The position numbers and the translations under genes were made by a program. The notes beneath the pieces are model-generated. The model saw only the letters and a program-made list of their open reading frames with translations. It was not told where the DNA came from and did no database searches. From Pseudovirgaria hyperparasitica (lineage: Eukaryota), in NCBI GenBank assembly GCA_010093815.1, contig ML996574.1: a DNA stretch of 64,000 nucleotides. One strand, given 5' to 3'. Positions within the stretch are counted from its first letter, which is position 1; each line of letters opens with the position of its first letter. This document shows positions 35,157-49,067 of the stretch, one piece after another.

Positions 35157-38100
35157 GATGTGGGAGAGAAGGATGGGTGGTGTCGTCGTCCGCTGCCGAA
35201 GCAGGTAGGTGGCAAGCGTAAAGCAGCATTCTTGTAGTCTTCTCGAGAGTCACGCCTTTCTGCCTCGCGAATATTGGTCCAAGGTGAGCGCTCACCGATG
35301 AGGGCGGGAGGGTGGTGTTGACGACGCTCTGACTGACAGGATTGAACGATTGGGGTGCGGGTTTCCATCAGGGTGCTCATTTTCAGTCATATGCGACTAC
35401 TCTTGAGCGTTTGCCTTGTATATGACAGCCGTTTGCAGGCTGACGGTAGTGTAGATGCGTAGCATCATTGGAAGAATCGCATGTCCGTACTGTGGCAGTG
35501 AAGCTGTCCGAAGTTCATCACGGTACTCACCCTTGACAGCGCCACAAACGAATCCTGCTGCCGGCCTTGAGAGGCTCAAGAGTGACGTCTGTCAAGACTG
35601 TGCCGATGTCTGGGCATGGAGTGTGCATATAACTCGATTATTGATCTAGAGTGTAGAATTACCGTCGCGGCCGAACCTGAATTAGGGTGATGTCAAGATA
35701 TCTCTTCCTCACACGAGCCACAGGTCGAGATGGTGGAGCGGGTTGCTTTCATGCACCTTGACAATGATCTTAGATCTTACCTCCATTCGTCTGAACGCTC
35801 AAACATGGGCTACCCTGTCTTGGTCTCGACATCAGCAACGAATGAAAACTCAACATCTTCCAGCCGAACAACAGAAGCCGTTCAGTCCCATCTCCATGAA
35901 GATCGACATCATGGTCATGGCGACACCGGGGTACGTCCTGGTGACAACGGAAGGATTCTAGGATTCCAACGGGACGCGGGAGATGTTCACGATCGCCGTG
36001 GAGGAATCAATTGTGTTAGACAAGCTCGGACTTGGTTCAGACTTCGGACGAGGCTGCCCGGGACGGACCAAGGACGTGCGGACTCGGAGACGTTGGTGCC
36101 TGAGGCCACAGCCCGATACAAAGCAAGACGACGTTGAGCTGCGGCGTGCTGGCTCGCTCGGCTTGGCAATGAGTCATCTGAATGTATAATATACTATGCT
36201 ATGATCATAAGTAATTAAATGAAAAGACGACGTACTGCCATGTGAACCTACTCGCATCCTCTTACTTGATTCATTATGAATGAATATACACATCGCAGAG
36301 TCAGGAGTCAGGCATTAGACGTCCTCTCATCCTATTGGAAGACAAGAGTACTACATCCCAAAGAGGCAAGCAGATACAAGACCATCGTGGGACGTCGTGC
36401 GGTGTTGGGTGGCGACAATGGCGCACATAAGGCAGGCGCGCATAAGGCAAAATAGACAGGCATCAGGCAAACAGGCAGCCAGAGTCATTCTCCACATTGC
36501 CCACCCAATGCATGCGCAGACGGGCAGAGTGGCAGTGCCAATTGCCAATGCCATCCAAGCATTTGACAAAATAATCATTATATTGGATCACAGTAGCCAA
36601 TAGAAAAAAGCACAGCACTGCAGAATTCGTCCTTCTTCTGGGGGCTGGCTGGACTGAGCCATGATATAATAGTGCGTGCTGTGGCAACGCAAGTACAGCG
36701 GCGGGTGGGGTCGTGTCAACTTGTAGGTCCCAGACAGGAACAGGCTCTACCCAGACGACAGGACACCGGCCTTTGGCGTCAAGGCCTTTTTATGTAAGAG
36801 ACGAGATTGAGATTGAGATTGAGATGAGATGAGATGCGATGCGCAAAAATGACAACAGGAGGATTATAAGGTTAATCCATGACTGTGGAGCCCCCGATGT
36901 TCTGCTGACGGTTCGCCCGCTTGATCAATTGAACTAAAACTCTGCGGGAACGAACGAACGAACGCAGGTGGAGACGGCGGCGTATTAATGAATCACCTTA
37001 ACCTCGACAGCTTCAAGGTTACTACTAAGGCTGGACTAGTCACTACATGACTCTGGCGGCTTCGTTTCGGGTCTCTTAATTGCTGTCACGTGCAGTTCAC
37101 GAAAAAGAGAGATGCGCCGGAAATTAGATGCTCGATAAGCCAAATTTGATTGATACAGGCAGGACTGCGCATACTGACACATCCCCCGGTTTCACAAAAA
37201 TGAGTTGCGAAGTAGCGGACTATTGGCTGAGGGGAGAGGAAGGCCTAGGATGTCCGATCTCATCGTGCCGAGCCGGTACGTCTTGTATATGCAGCGCGAG
37301 TCTGGGTGATTGGATCAGGCAGCATACCTAACGGACGCTGTCGAGTAGCGATGGTGTTGTGGGGAAGGATTGGCGGCAGCGCATGTGGAGAAGCGTAGCT
37401 ACATACGTGTACGTACGTGTAAGTAGCTTATTTGGAGATGCCATTGACTATTATTATCATGATGGTTGTATCATAATTGTATGATGCGGCGGGCAAAGAC
37501 AAGGGATGCAGTCGTTGCTTAAAGGTTATTATCTCGCTGTTATATTGAGGTGTCCGCCGCTGGACTGATTGTTTCCATCCCAACGACCTGCCCTTGCACA
37601 CTGCACCCGCGCGGCGGCTTGGTATTACGCACTCTCATGCTGTGATGCCAGGTTCAAAGACAGGCTTCGCTGCACCGTACACGTACACGCATGGACAGTA
37701 GACAGTAGACAATAGACAGCACAGACGTGGTCGACAGTATGCAAGACTACAGGACTGCGGGACTGCAGGATGGTGGAGGTGCGAGAGTCCGACTTCAAGG
37801 TACCTGAGCATTGAGCACTGAGCAGCAGCCAGGGCACGCACCCATGCACCCACGCACGTACGCGCACATGCCACCACGCCAATCTTGTTGTTGCCGTTGT
37901 TGCTGCCGGGTTGATGAGTATGATGACTCTGTTGAGGCTCTGCGCATTGTGTAGTGTAGTACGGCGTGTGTGCAGTGAATACTTGCATCGATCGACATGA
38001 ATTGGCCATAGCAATCATCATAATAATAATAACACTAATAGCAATAACAACAACAACAACAACCCGGGCAGGTATGAGATTAAGGCCCGGCATGCAGGTG

Positions 38101-38656
38101 TAGACAGTAAAACAGGTAGGAGCGCGGGAACTTGGAAGTGATAAGAGGAAAGAACGGTATTGGACTAGCCTGTTTCGGGGCCCGTTGCTGGCTTGCGCCT
38201 GGCCAGATAGTGTAGTAGTGAGTAGTGGCAAGTGCGACTATTGTAGCTGTCGTTCGTTCTTTCCTCACTTGGTCGTGCCTTCACTAATTATCACCTTGCT
38301 CAGTGCTGCCTCTTGCCTCCTGCCCCAGTGTTGTCGCTGCAAATTCACCCGCTTTCCCCGTTGTTACCCGTTTCGTTCGCCCGTCGACACCTCAGGCTCG
38401 CTGCTTCGTATAAAGTCGCTCCACCCGCCGCCTTTTCCTCTTCCTTGCCTCTTTTTTTCACCCGACACACTCTACTCTCTCCACACACACACACGTCTGC
38501 CATCCACGCAAAGCATCTCACCTTTCTTCCACATTGTATTCAGCATCATCAATCAATCAATCAAACGTATGTCCTCTCTGTTCACGCGCCCATTCTCTTG
38601 TTCTGCGCGCTAATTCACCACCTCAGCTCACTTTTCGTCGCGTCAACACTGCAGCA

Positions 38657-39317
38657 ATGGTTTCATCTCTTGTGCTCCTTCTTACAACCGCCCTCGCCGG
38701 CATGGTCTCGGCTCAGGCCAGCTCTAATATCACCATCAACCCCAACTCGGTCAACGAGACTCTCAAGACCAATTGGTGCACTGCCGAGAAGAACACCTGC
38801 CGCTCTCTGTGCGGTGGGCCTGGTGAGACTGCTTCGAACGACTGCATGACGGTAAGCCAACCCAAGACGCTGCACACGACGTCGCAAGCCCACTAATTCC
38901 TTTCCTGTACAGTCCAACCTCAACTACACCTGCTCCTGCACCAACGGCACCGACCCCGACGTATCACAGTACTCGGAGAGTCTGCCTGCCTACATCTGCC
39001 GCGAGTATGTGATTCAGTGTGTCGCTGCTGTGTCGGACGGCGATCGGGATGCCATCTACCAGTGTCGTCAAGTTGAAGGCACCTGTGGTCAGCTCAACGC
39101 CTCTGATCCCGCCGACGGAGGCTCCAACCCTCAGGCTTCCGGCTCTGACTCTACCCCATCTGCCACTGCGTCAAGTGGAGACAATGCTCCAAGTGCTTCC
39201 AACACCGGCGCTCCCGCATCCGCCACCTCTGGCGGTGCTGCTGCTGCTCTCGGCGCTTCGTACGGTACTCCTGCCATTGCCGCTGGTATGCTTGCTCTGT
39301 TTGGTCTTGTCTTGTAA
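38657..39317 (+). CDS. Secreted Cys-rich, probably GPI-anchored cell-wall protein, 2 exons
   Basis: Signal peptide MVSSLVLLLTTALAGMVSA, WC...C...C Cys-rich domain, in-frame intron 38852-38912, Ser/Thr/Ala stalk and hydrophobic C-terminus (AAGMLALFGLVL). Confidence 0.9.
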
Positions 39318-40004
39318 GGGCAGAGTGTGCTGCTGTGTTTTGACGAGTGATATGGGGGAAATACCAAGTGCGACGACATTTACGTGTCACGACAGGGTTA
39401 TTGGTTTCATGTTTATGATTAGCGACTGCATTCTACGAATATCCGGGTTAAGGAATGAAGCGCTGGTGCGGCCTCGCGCTGCTCGATAAGATAGTAATAA
39501 TGACGACGGTCTCACGGCCGTGTTCTCTGCATCCTTCCTCTTGTTCCTCGAGTCAATTGCATGCTATCATCCCATTGTAGCACTTGATCACTCACTCAGT
39601 GTTGTTGATACTGATGGCGATCAGGGCCCTAGAGCGACCTAGATGCTGCGGGTGAGTTTGCGCGGCTACTCTGATTGGCCACGTCTGCCCTGGCGTTCCA
39701 GTGATTTTCGCCGCGCATAATCGATAAGTCGGGCACCGCAGCAAAATGACGCTCAACCAAAAAAGACACACGCACACACCACAGTGCCCGCCGTCAACAA
39801 CTTTCTGCTCTACCTGCAGACTGCACACGACCTGCACTCCGCAAGCACTGTCTATCATATTCTGCAACGTACATGCTCCTCGCCTTCGTGTCGTGCTGTC
39901 CTCGTCTTGCCCCACGCCTTCTACGTCCTGCACCGCCTGCGTTCCAACGAGCTTCATCCTTCGTCACACGACATCCTATCCCACCACCATACCCACAGCG
40001 CACC

Positions 40005-41353
40005 ATGGCGACTCTAGGAGCCCCGGCAAAGAAACACAAGGTCACCATCGTAGGATCGGGTAATTGGTGAGATCCACACGCTCAATTGGTCTGTCCATGT
40101 CCTAACAGCACTCTTTCAGGGGCACCACACTCGCAAAGGTCGTCGCCGAAAACACCAAGCAATATCCCGACATCTTCGAAGAGGAGGTGCAGATGTGGGT
40201 GTTCGAGGAGCAGTACAAGGACCCGCGCGACGGCAACGAAAAGGCACTGTCTGGCCTCATCAACGAACTGCACGAGAACATCAAGTACCTCCCTGGCGTG
40301 AAGCTCCCCGCCAACGTCAAGGCAAATCCAAGCATCACCGACTCAGTCAAGGACACCACAGTCCTGGTCTTTGTCCTTCCACACCAGTTCATCAAGGGCA
40401 CCCTCGAGGCCATGAAGGGCAACATCCTCCCCTACGCACGCGCGATATCCTGCGCCAAGGGAGTCGACGTTTCCGGCGACCAGGTCAACCTCCTCAGCAC
40501 CACCATTGCCGACTCGCTCAACATCTACTGCGGCGCCCTGTCCGGCGCAAACATTGCCTCGGAAATCGCCCGCGAGAAATGGTCCGAGACGACTATCGCG
40601 TACCACCCGCCCGACATTGACTCGCGCCATCCCACCCCGCAGCCCTCGCGCCAGCCCTCCCCGTCCTCATCATCAACAAACCTCCACAGCAGCACACAAA
40701 CTAAAGCTACCCTGAAGCCACTGCCCACAGACTACCCCCCGCTCAACCACGCCACCGTGCAAAAGCTCTTCCACCGCTCCTACTTCCACGTACAAATGAT
40801 CTCGGACGTCGCAGGCGTCTCCCTTGGCGGCGCCCTCAAAAACATCGTCGCCCTAGCCGCCGGCTTCGTCGACGGCCTCGGCTGGGGCGACAACGCCAAG
40901 GCCGCCGTGATGCGCGTGGGTATCCTCGAATCCGTCAAATTCGGCAAAATGTTCTTCGGCCCGGCCGTCCAGGCGTCCACCTTCACGGAGCAGTCGTGCG
41001 GCATCGCAGACGTCATCACGAGCTGCTCCGGCGGGCGCAATTTCCGCTGTGCCAAGAAAGCGACAGAAACGGGCCGGAAGGTCTGGGAGGTCGAGCGCGA
41101 TGAGTTGAACGGGCAGAAGCTGCAGGGGACCGGCACGGCGGAGGATGTGCATCAGGTGTTGTTGGCGCGGCTGGGCGGGGATGCAGCGGCTGTGAGGCGG
41201 GAGTTTCCGCTTTTTACGGCCGTGTTTGATATTTTGCATGAGCATGAGACGGGCGTCAAGGCGGAGCATATCCCTGATTTGATTGGGAGGAGGCCCGGCG
41301 GTGAGGGGGATGATGGGAGTGGTGTTGGTAGTAGTGGTAGGGCGAGTTTGTGA
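40005..41353 (+). CDS. GPD1: NAD-dependent glycerol-3-phosphate dehydrogenase
   Basis: [13 protein letters not shown] with intron 40067-40119, [47 protein letters not shown]. Confidence 0.97.
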
Positions 41354-41505
41354 GGGATTTTGGGGGTGGTATAGATTGATTTGGTTGGCGTTGATATCCC
41401 TACTTCTAACGTCCGTCGCTAGATGAGAAGGAGGAAGATAGCATAGAGTTGTTGGGGAACGGGAGGGTGGTTATAGAAATATAAAGCATTGCGTACACGA
41501 ATTAG

Positions 41506-41606
41506 TTGAATTGAATGAATTGAATGAATTGAATGAATTGAATGAATTGAATGAATTGAATGAATTGAATGAATTGAATGAATTGAATGAATTGAATGAA
41601 TTGAAT
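41506..41606. repeat. 9-bp tandem repeat (TTGAATGAA)~11
   Basis: Perfect tandem units with no spacers. Confidence 0.95.
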
Positions 41607-41799
41607 ACTTGGACGGATAACCATAGCGAAACCCGCCCGTACTCCCTGGTCCTGGTCTCCATATCCAATGTCCATGTCCATCTCGCATCGCATCGCATCA
41701 TGTCCTTTCCTTCCCCCTTTTTCTTTTCCGCCCCTTTTTCTTCATTTCTCTTTTCTATTACCCCCTTTTTTGTTTACCCGTGAAGGTGGAAGGTGGAAG

Positions 41800-41895
41800 G
41801 AGAGAAGAGAGGGAAGGGAGGGAAGGGAGGGAAGAGAGAGAAGAGAGAGAAGAGAGAGAAGAGAGAGAAGAGAGAGAAGAGAGAGAAGAGAGAGA
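41800..41895. repeat. Purine-rich tandem repeat (GAGAGAAGA)n / (GAGGGAAGG)n
   Basis: Directly visible. Confidence 0.9.
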
Positions 41896-42248
41896 TACAG
41901 AGAAATAGTTCTGCTTCGTTGTATTTCTAGCAGAGATACGTGACGTGTTGATTACTGATTTTAGTCGTTGGGATGGTACTTATGCTATCAAGGCTGGAAT
42001 GGCGGTAGGGGGTACATATTTGCAGTATGGGGTACGTATTTGTATTACGGGCTAGATATTGAGCATGGGTTAAGATGAGTTTGGCTTGGTCGGGGTAGTA
42101 GTAGCAGTGTTGTATTCCCTGTTTTACACGTTTTTATAAACTCGATACTAGTACTTTTTGCTCTTACTTCTTCCTCCTCCTCCTCCTCCTTCTCCTCCTA
42201 CTCCCCATCACATCATTCCCTACCCCTGTTTTCACGACTTCGACGCGC

Positions 42249-43763
42249 TCAGCCATCACCACCACCACCGCGCCGCAGAAACGCACACCCCTTCAACTCG
42301 GGGAAATGCACGGCGTTGAAGATGAAGAACGGGCGCAGCGCGGCGTCGAGCTCGCGCCGCCAGATTGTTTTGTAGCCGTCTGTTCTCCTTCTTCTTGTTT
42401 TTCTTGCTCTGCTTCGTGTTGTTGTCTCGCCTCCGTCTGCGTCTGCGTCTGCGTCTCCGCCTCCATCGTCATCATCGTCGTCGTCGTCATGCCCATTCCA
42501 CGCCTCGCACATCGTCACGCCGTGCGCCAGCCGCGCCGCTATACCCGTGCACGCCGTGTATCTGAAATCCAGCATCGTCGTTGTGCTGTCATTCCCACTC
42601 CCACTTCCACCACCAGCAACCACAGGAACAGGAACAGGAACAGGAACAGGAATAGTCTTCCGCATACTCCCCAGATTATACCGCGGATGCGCACGCAGCG
42701 CAGTGGCGATACGCGCGATATTGCGCGCCAGGTTTGCGTCGAGCGGGGTCTGGGCGCCGAGGAGGTAGTCGATGATGGGGGTTGGGGAGAGGTGGAGGGG
42801 TTCTTGGGAGGTTTGGCGGGGGGGAGGAGTNNNNNNNNNNNNNNNNNNNNNNNNNNNNNNNNNNNNNNNNNNNNNNNNNNNNNNNNNNNNNNNNNNNNNN
42901 NNNNNNNNNNNNNNNNNNNNNNNNNNNNNNNNNNNNNNNNNNNNNNNNNNNNNNNNNNNNNNNNNNNNNNNNNNNNNNNNNNNNNNNNNNNNNNNNNNNN
43001 NNNNNNNNNNNNNGGGGGGTTGTCGGTGTCGGATGATGAGGAGGAGGATGAGGAGTATGAGGAGGAGTCTGTGAGGTGTGGCGTGGGTGTTGCTGTTGGT
43101 GCTGGGTGTGGTCGTGGTTGTGGTCGTGGTTGTGGCCGTGGTTGTGGTCGTGGTTGTGGTCGTGGTATGCTAGGCGTAGCTCGAGACACTTCGACGGCTT
43201 CGGTCTCAGGTAGGATATCTTTCGACTCTGAGAAGTGCCGTGGCATAGACACAGGAACCGGCACAGGAACCGGCGGTGGTCGTGGACATCGTGTACGCAG
43301 CGCAAGAGGCCGTGATATAAACGGCCGCAGTGTCGGGCGTGTAGACGTGTTGCTGGGTTCTGAAACTGCTGGTGCCGTAGTTGATCGCGCTCTTTGGGGA
43401 GAGAACTTGTCGTAAGGTTAGCCAAGTCTTCATGTGAAGCACATCAAGTCAGTTACATACAACCTTGAAGCCCATTCTCCGTCTCGTCTTGTCGTCAATC
43501 TGCACACTGGTCTCCCTGAGGATGTCGTCGAAGAGCTTGAATCTCTCAACCCGGTTCGTCAGGACTTGCTCAAAGGCCGTGAGAACCTCGTCTACGGCGC
43601 CGCTGTCGAATACGTTGACAACGTCGTTGGTGGCTTCAATGGAGAGCTGGCTCGTCCGTTTGATTGGCGAAGTCAGGATAGACACCTTGAACCTCAGATC
43701 CTCGTGCGATGACAGGGCTGTGCGTGGCCCCCAGTCTTGAAGCACCATACTTCTGGCTGGCAT
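42249..43763 (-). CDS. Hypothetical protein of the local orphan family; spans the assembly gap
   Basis: Exon 1 MPARSMVL...RMGFKV, a probable intron near 43460-43415, a Pro/Ser low-complexity linker, N gap, then the C-terminal domain NIARIATAL...CTGIAARL...LRPFFIFNAVHFPEL. Confidence 0.65.
42831..43013. other. Assembly gap (N run)
   Basis: Run of N flanked by G-rich low-complexity sequence. Confidence 1.
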
Positions 43764-44231
43764 TTTGACAACCCGAGCTCTTCGTCTGGACTTGTCATCA
43801 ACAAAATGATGGTGATGGCGCCAAGTGACGCCAATGAAAGCTCAAATATCGTTTGACAGAAAGAAAGGAAGAGAGAAAGACAGGTAATGAGTGGCTACAG
43901 AGGTGAGCACGCCATTCTACATGTTGATATACCCGCACGGATCCAGAGTTCAAGACTTTGCTCTTACGACATGCTAGACTTACAGCTCCCTTGGAATAGA
44001 TGTTTGCGCCACAGTGGCTCAGGCGACAGCTCGGAGCTCTCCATCAACGTGGAGCTTGGACCATCGCGTGAAAGATTAAAGATTAGCGCCACTGACAATC
44101 CGCGTCGCGACCAAACCACTTGAAACTCCATGTCGAGCAAATAAAACCACCTCCTACAGCCGCAGACTCCTTACATCGTCTACCCTACTCCGTTATGCCG
44201 GATGCGCCTTGCTTAATTGGTATCAGTCCAC

Positions 44232-47200
44232 ATGGCTTCCGGTAAGCGCCCGTATGCGCGACCTTCTGGGACGCGAAACGTGCGCCTCTCCATCCATATC
44301 CTACCACCTCAGCACAGCGAAGACATAGGGAAGCGCTGGGCTACAGCTACAGAGGCGATACGCGATCCCGGCCAAAGCGAAGAACTGCAGCAGCAACATA
44401 CGGAAAGTCCCTACAAATCTGCCACCCAGGGCGACAAGTTTGTCCTCTTGGCAGGTGAAGACGACACGTTCGAGCAGGTCTGGGAGAGCATTGAAGAGCG
44501 ATATGGGCGCATATACCCTCAGAAGTCACGGTAGGGGCTCGACGCAAAAGCGCATGGAGGACCGCTTGACTAACATACATGGATGTAGCGGATTCCGCAT
44601 CAAGAAATTGCAAGACGGTTTCGACGCCGATCTTGAGACGTCTCTTCTTGTCCGAGAGGTTTTTGACGAATCTCCCCACGAAAAGGTCGTCAAGGTCCAC
44701 CAGTTCGGCGCCGCGCGAGACTCTTCGGTCCTGCCAGAGTCGACATTACGTCCACGACAATTGGGTACGAGACCAGGGATATCCCGCAAACGTGGTCTTG
44801 GAAGCAGCCCAATCAACTCCAGTAAAAGAAGACGGCTTGGATCCAATGCAGCGCTAGATGATGTACAAGAAGCTGACGACGGAGACCATGGGATGGGAGA
44901 GACCGCCGACGGCGACGGGCTATTCGTAGAGTCTGGTGCGGAGAGTGGATACCATCCAGATGACGGCTCGGTTGAAGCAGGCATCGACGTTAATACCGGC
45001 TATCCTATCGAAGAAGTCGAATCTCCGAACCGGAAGCGCTCTGGCTTAGACAAAGTGCAGCTCAAGTCACCCCCTGAACAGAGCACCTCCGCTCATCAGA
45101 CGCGGATACGGAGACTCGATTCGTCACCTATAGACGAAACTACAGCCGACCGAGATAACCACAGGCGAGACTCACCGGGTGTCGAGGTAGACAACACTCT
45201 TGAGGATAGTGGGGTTGAAGACTCAACCTACGATTTTCCGCAAGACCAGACGATCGACGAGGAGGCCTTTGGGCAGTTTTCAAGAGCGAAACCCTCGATA
45301 AGGCGTTCAACTAATCCTAATGGCCCTGAAGACGTATATGACATTCCTGGGTCGACCATGAAACCCGCAGGGGCAGGACGACCGGCCGGAAGGCAACGGT
45401 CGACAGGCAAGCTTGCGAAAACGCCTGCGCGCGTAGTCGATCTGAACGCCAAGAAGTACAGAAAACAGCAACAACCTGGGTCACCAGAAGACCAACGCAT
45501 GTCCAGTGTAGGTGGCAGGATCTTACGCCACGAAAGTGAGCGGTACGAGTCACCAGGTATCCAATATCCAACACCAGCTTCTGCTGGCTTAGATCAGAAA
45601 ATATCAGCGTTACGCAAGATACTGTAAGTCGCGAATGGTATTCAGGACATCCGAAATACTGACCCATGCAGGGTCGCAAATGGCGATGAGGTACCAGATT
45701 CACCCGCGATGAGCGAACTTGAGGATTTGCGTGGCGTTGAGAGGAAGAAAGTCTCGAGCAAGAACATCAGTCGGAAAAGAAGTAAGAACCATAAGATGTG
45801 TGGCTACGAAAGTACTGACACCGACAGGGTATCTGAGAAGACTAGAATCCATGGCTGGCGGGCACCCGACTCCAGACACTGATGTCCGGATCACAGCACG
45901 ACCACTACGGTCAAGTGTGAAGAAAAGTAGACCAGGCAAAGTAGATGGAAAGAGAATCGCATTTACTGAGCCTAGCCCTGAGGCTGCACCAGGCAAAGCA
46001 GATGGAAAGAGAATCGCATCTACTGGGCCCAGCTCCGTGGCTGCAAAAGTCCCTTTCGTGGTTGGCAAGCGCTGCAAGATTACACCGCGCCTCCCAAAGT
46101 CGCGTGTGAAACCTATCCAGGGAAAAGCGAACTCAGAGGAAAGCACGCATAAGTCGCCCAGCTCCAAGGCTAACAAAAGCCACGATCTCATCAACGGTGC
46201 TGTGTTTCCCGAAAAGCCTGGTGACGCATCCGTGGGCATGAGTAATGAGACTCAAGGAGGCGTATCGGATCCAAATGCTGAGGAACCACACGAGTCTCCT
46301 GACAAGGAGGCGTCTGAGATCCATGACGACGAAACTTTCAGTCCTGTTGAAGACGAGTCCAGGGCCCATACTAATGCAAATTTTGTGTCTCCCTTTGAGG
46401 AGGAGGAGGAGGAGGAGGAGGACGAGTCTGAAGTTTCCGACGAACATACTAAAGCGCGTGGTTCTGCAGCATCCAAGGCTATACACGAAGAGGCTTTCCC
46501 CCCAGAGCGAGCAGTCAGCATTGAATCAGAGAGTTCCAATATGTTGGACGATTTTGGCGCTCTAGTCAATACTCAAAAGGACCAAGTGGCAGAATCTCCG
46601 GGCCCTGTCGATGGCAACACACAGCTCCTTGTGGACGAAGGTAGCGTAAATGACCCGGACGAGACGATGGAAAGCCCAAGCCTAGAAAAATCTCTCCGAC
46701 AGGAACGGGCTAAGCTCAGCCATAACAGCAAAGGTGAACGTGCAACCTCTTTCGAGCAGACGGACAGTACAAGCGTCTTAGATGATGCAGCGACTCAGCA
46801 ACTGCTGTTGGAAGAACAAGCCTCGCTAGACAAACAAGATGATAGCATGAGTATCGGTAGTGCTAGGCACGACTATGACACCGACGCCATAGAAATGCTT
46901 GATGCTACTGAAACCAGGTCTTACCAGTCGAATGGATATGCAAGTGATCATGTTAGTGTCAAGGATGACCCAGACATGGTCGAAGCCGGAGGAACGGGCA
47001 ATGTTCAGGAAGATGAACAAACTGGTGGTTCGAATGATGTCAAAGAAAGACTTGCTTCTCCGATGGATGTCGACATGCAGAGCGCAGCAGAGCCTACGGC
47101 TCAAGCCTCGAGTCCTACCCGAAACCATGGAGGAAGTTCAATGTCCTCTGGAAGTTCGTCCGAATCTGATGAAGACACATCTCGACCAACACGTCCAAGA

Positions 47201-48649
47201 TCACTATCGCCTGAACTTGGTGATTTTGTTCCAGCCGAACCTGTAGCCGGCCTTGGTCAAGGAACTGTTGCTGATCGCGAGGTTGTCATCAGCTCCGATG
47301 AGGATAGTGACGATGAGAGCAAGAACGACGAGGACTATGACTCTGCCAAAGATCCCAAAGCATCCACCTGGGTCGCAGTGAACGGTGTCGGCACCAATGG
47401 GGATGGAGACCAGGAAGCTGCTGAAGTCATTGGCCAAAGTCAACAGCCTTCTGGGCTTGAAAAGGCTGTCGCACAACAAGATCAGGCCAACAAAATTGTC
47501 GTTGAGCGAGCTGAGGATATTTCCAGGCCGGAAGAGTTCGCTTCGAGCACCGCTAGAAAAGAACATACCGTAATTATCCCCGAATCACCGATGGCGAGAA
47601 GGTCAAGCCATTCGCAGGACACGAAGATACTACCAATCTCTTTACATTCGTCTCACACTATCGTGAAAGACAGTCAGCCGCGCCAGAGCGGAGATACCGC
47701 TCAGCCTAGCCTAACAAGAGGTGATGATCTGAAGGGCGCAAAAGAACAATCCGACTCGGACTCTGCTTCATCCAGCCCTAGCGCATCAAGCTCGAGCTCC
47801 TCAGACTCGGACTCGGACTCAGACTCAGACGACATCATCCCACCCCGACCACGGCCTGTTGCTGTTTCGGCCAGTCAGCCAGCCAGTGTGCAGAGGCGCA
47901 GTCCATTGATGGGACGCTCACCTTCGACATCGAACCGGCTTCCAAACTCACAACCAATGCCTGCCGGGAACGTCGTGAGATCAGACGGACCTTCATCACT
48001 ACGAGAATTGGCAATTGGACTGAAAAGTCCGTCTCCAGGGCCTCCAGCGCCAATGATGGCAAAGTCAGACTCTGACGACTCGACTGAAGACTCTGACTCT
48101 GACGAGAGCGAGAGCGAGGAGGAAGATGAGGAGGAAGATGAGGAGGAGGATGAGGAGACAGACGAGGAGAAGGAACAAAGCAAGCACAGTAGTCTGTCCG
48201 GCGCGGCGACCCTCGTAAGTCCGGTATCTAGGGCCAAACCCCAGCAATCCATGCCTTCGATACCAGACAAGACATCCAAGACATCTCAGAGGATGCTGAT
48301 ACCAGACAAGACATCCAAAGCATCGCAAAAAACGCCATTGAAGGCTCCCACGGCGCGGAGTCCTAGTGCATCAGTCATACGACCTTCACCTGCGAGTATA
48401 TTCCGGGCTTCACATTCTTCTCCAGTTCGCAAGCCAACGAGTAAGGCGTCTCACCCTGCCAACAAGCTCCCCGCTTCGCAACCGGCGCCATCAGCGAATG
48501 GACGCACAACACCGGCACCATCGAGAAAGAAGGCTCGAATATCTCCAAATAAGCCGAGGGCTAGTCAAGCCTCAAAGTCAAGTGGGCCTGCGAATAGAAG
48601 GTATCATAGCACTTCACGGATTTCACCTCCACGTCACAGCCAACGATGA
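44232..48649 (+). CDS. Net1/Dnt1-like nucleolar protein (Cdc14-binding N-terminal domain plus long acidic, Ser-rich disordered region), 4 exons
   Basis: KFVLLAGEDDTFEQVWESIEERYGRIYP...FRIKKLQDGFDADLE..VREVF..VVKV matches the Net1/Dnt1 N-terminal pattern. Introns 44531-44588, 45624-45671 and ~45782-45827 join the ORFs in frame. Confidence 0.75.
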
Positions 48650-49067
48650 TAATGTATATGGTCTACCTTAGTGTCAGAGGTTTACGACGTCATGGCATGG
48701 CGGTCAAATTTACCTGTTCGCTTGTTGGATGTAGTAAACTTTGATTATCAGATCCTGCGTAGGGGGTGGTACATATGGTGATTACCATTAGCTTACTTGT
48801 AGGCAGTACCGAATGAATCTTATTTAAGCCTTGTAATGTTCAAGACACTGCGTGACTGGTAGTTCAGAATCCCTGTCTCAATTTCCCAGCACTACTCTCC
48901 GGCACTGAGCTGATTCACTTGCGCTCTGGTCTTAGCGTCCGTTAGCACAAGACGACCGCATCATTTCGCCCTTCCTACAATAGCACTTCTTCTCTTCAGA
49001 TGCGCATCTACTTTCCATCTTCTGTCAACCATAACTTGCGACAGTTTCTCTAGGCCCTCCTATCAAA

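Noticed and set aside
41506..41606. Possible CRISPR-like array, or NEL / IHS / IQF repeat proteins
   Set aside because: Pure 9-bp microsatellite with no spacers in a eukaryotic intergenic region. The ORFs are artefacts of the repeat.
42306..43415. Plus-strand 369-aa and other ORFs spanning the N run
   Set aside because: Antisense shadows of the minus-strand gene, artificially extended by Ns.
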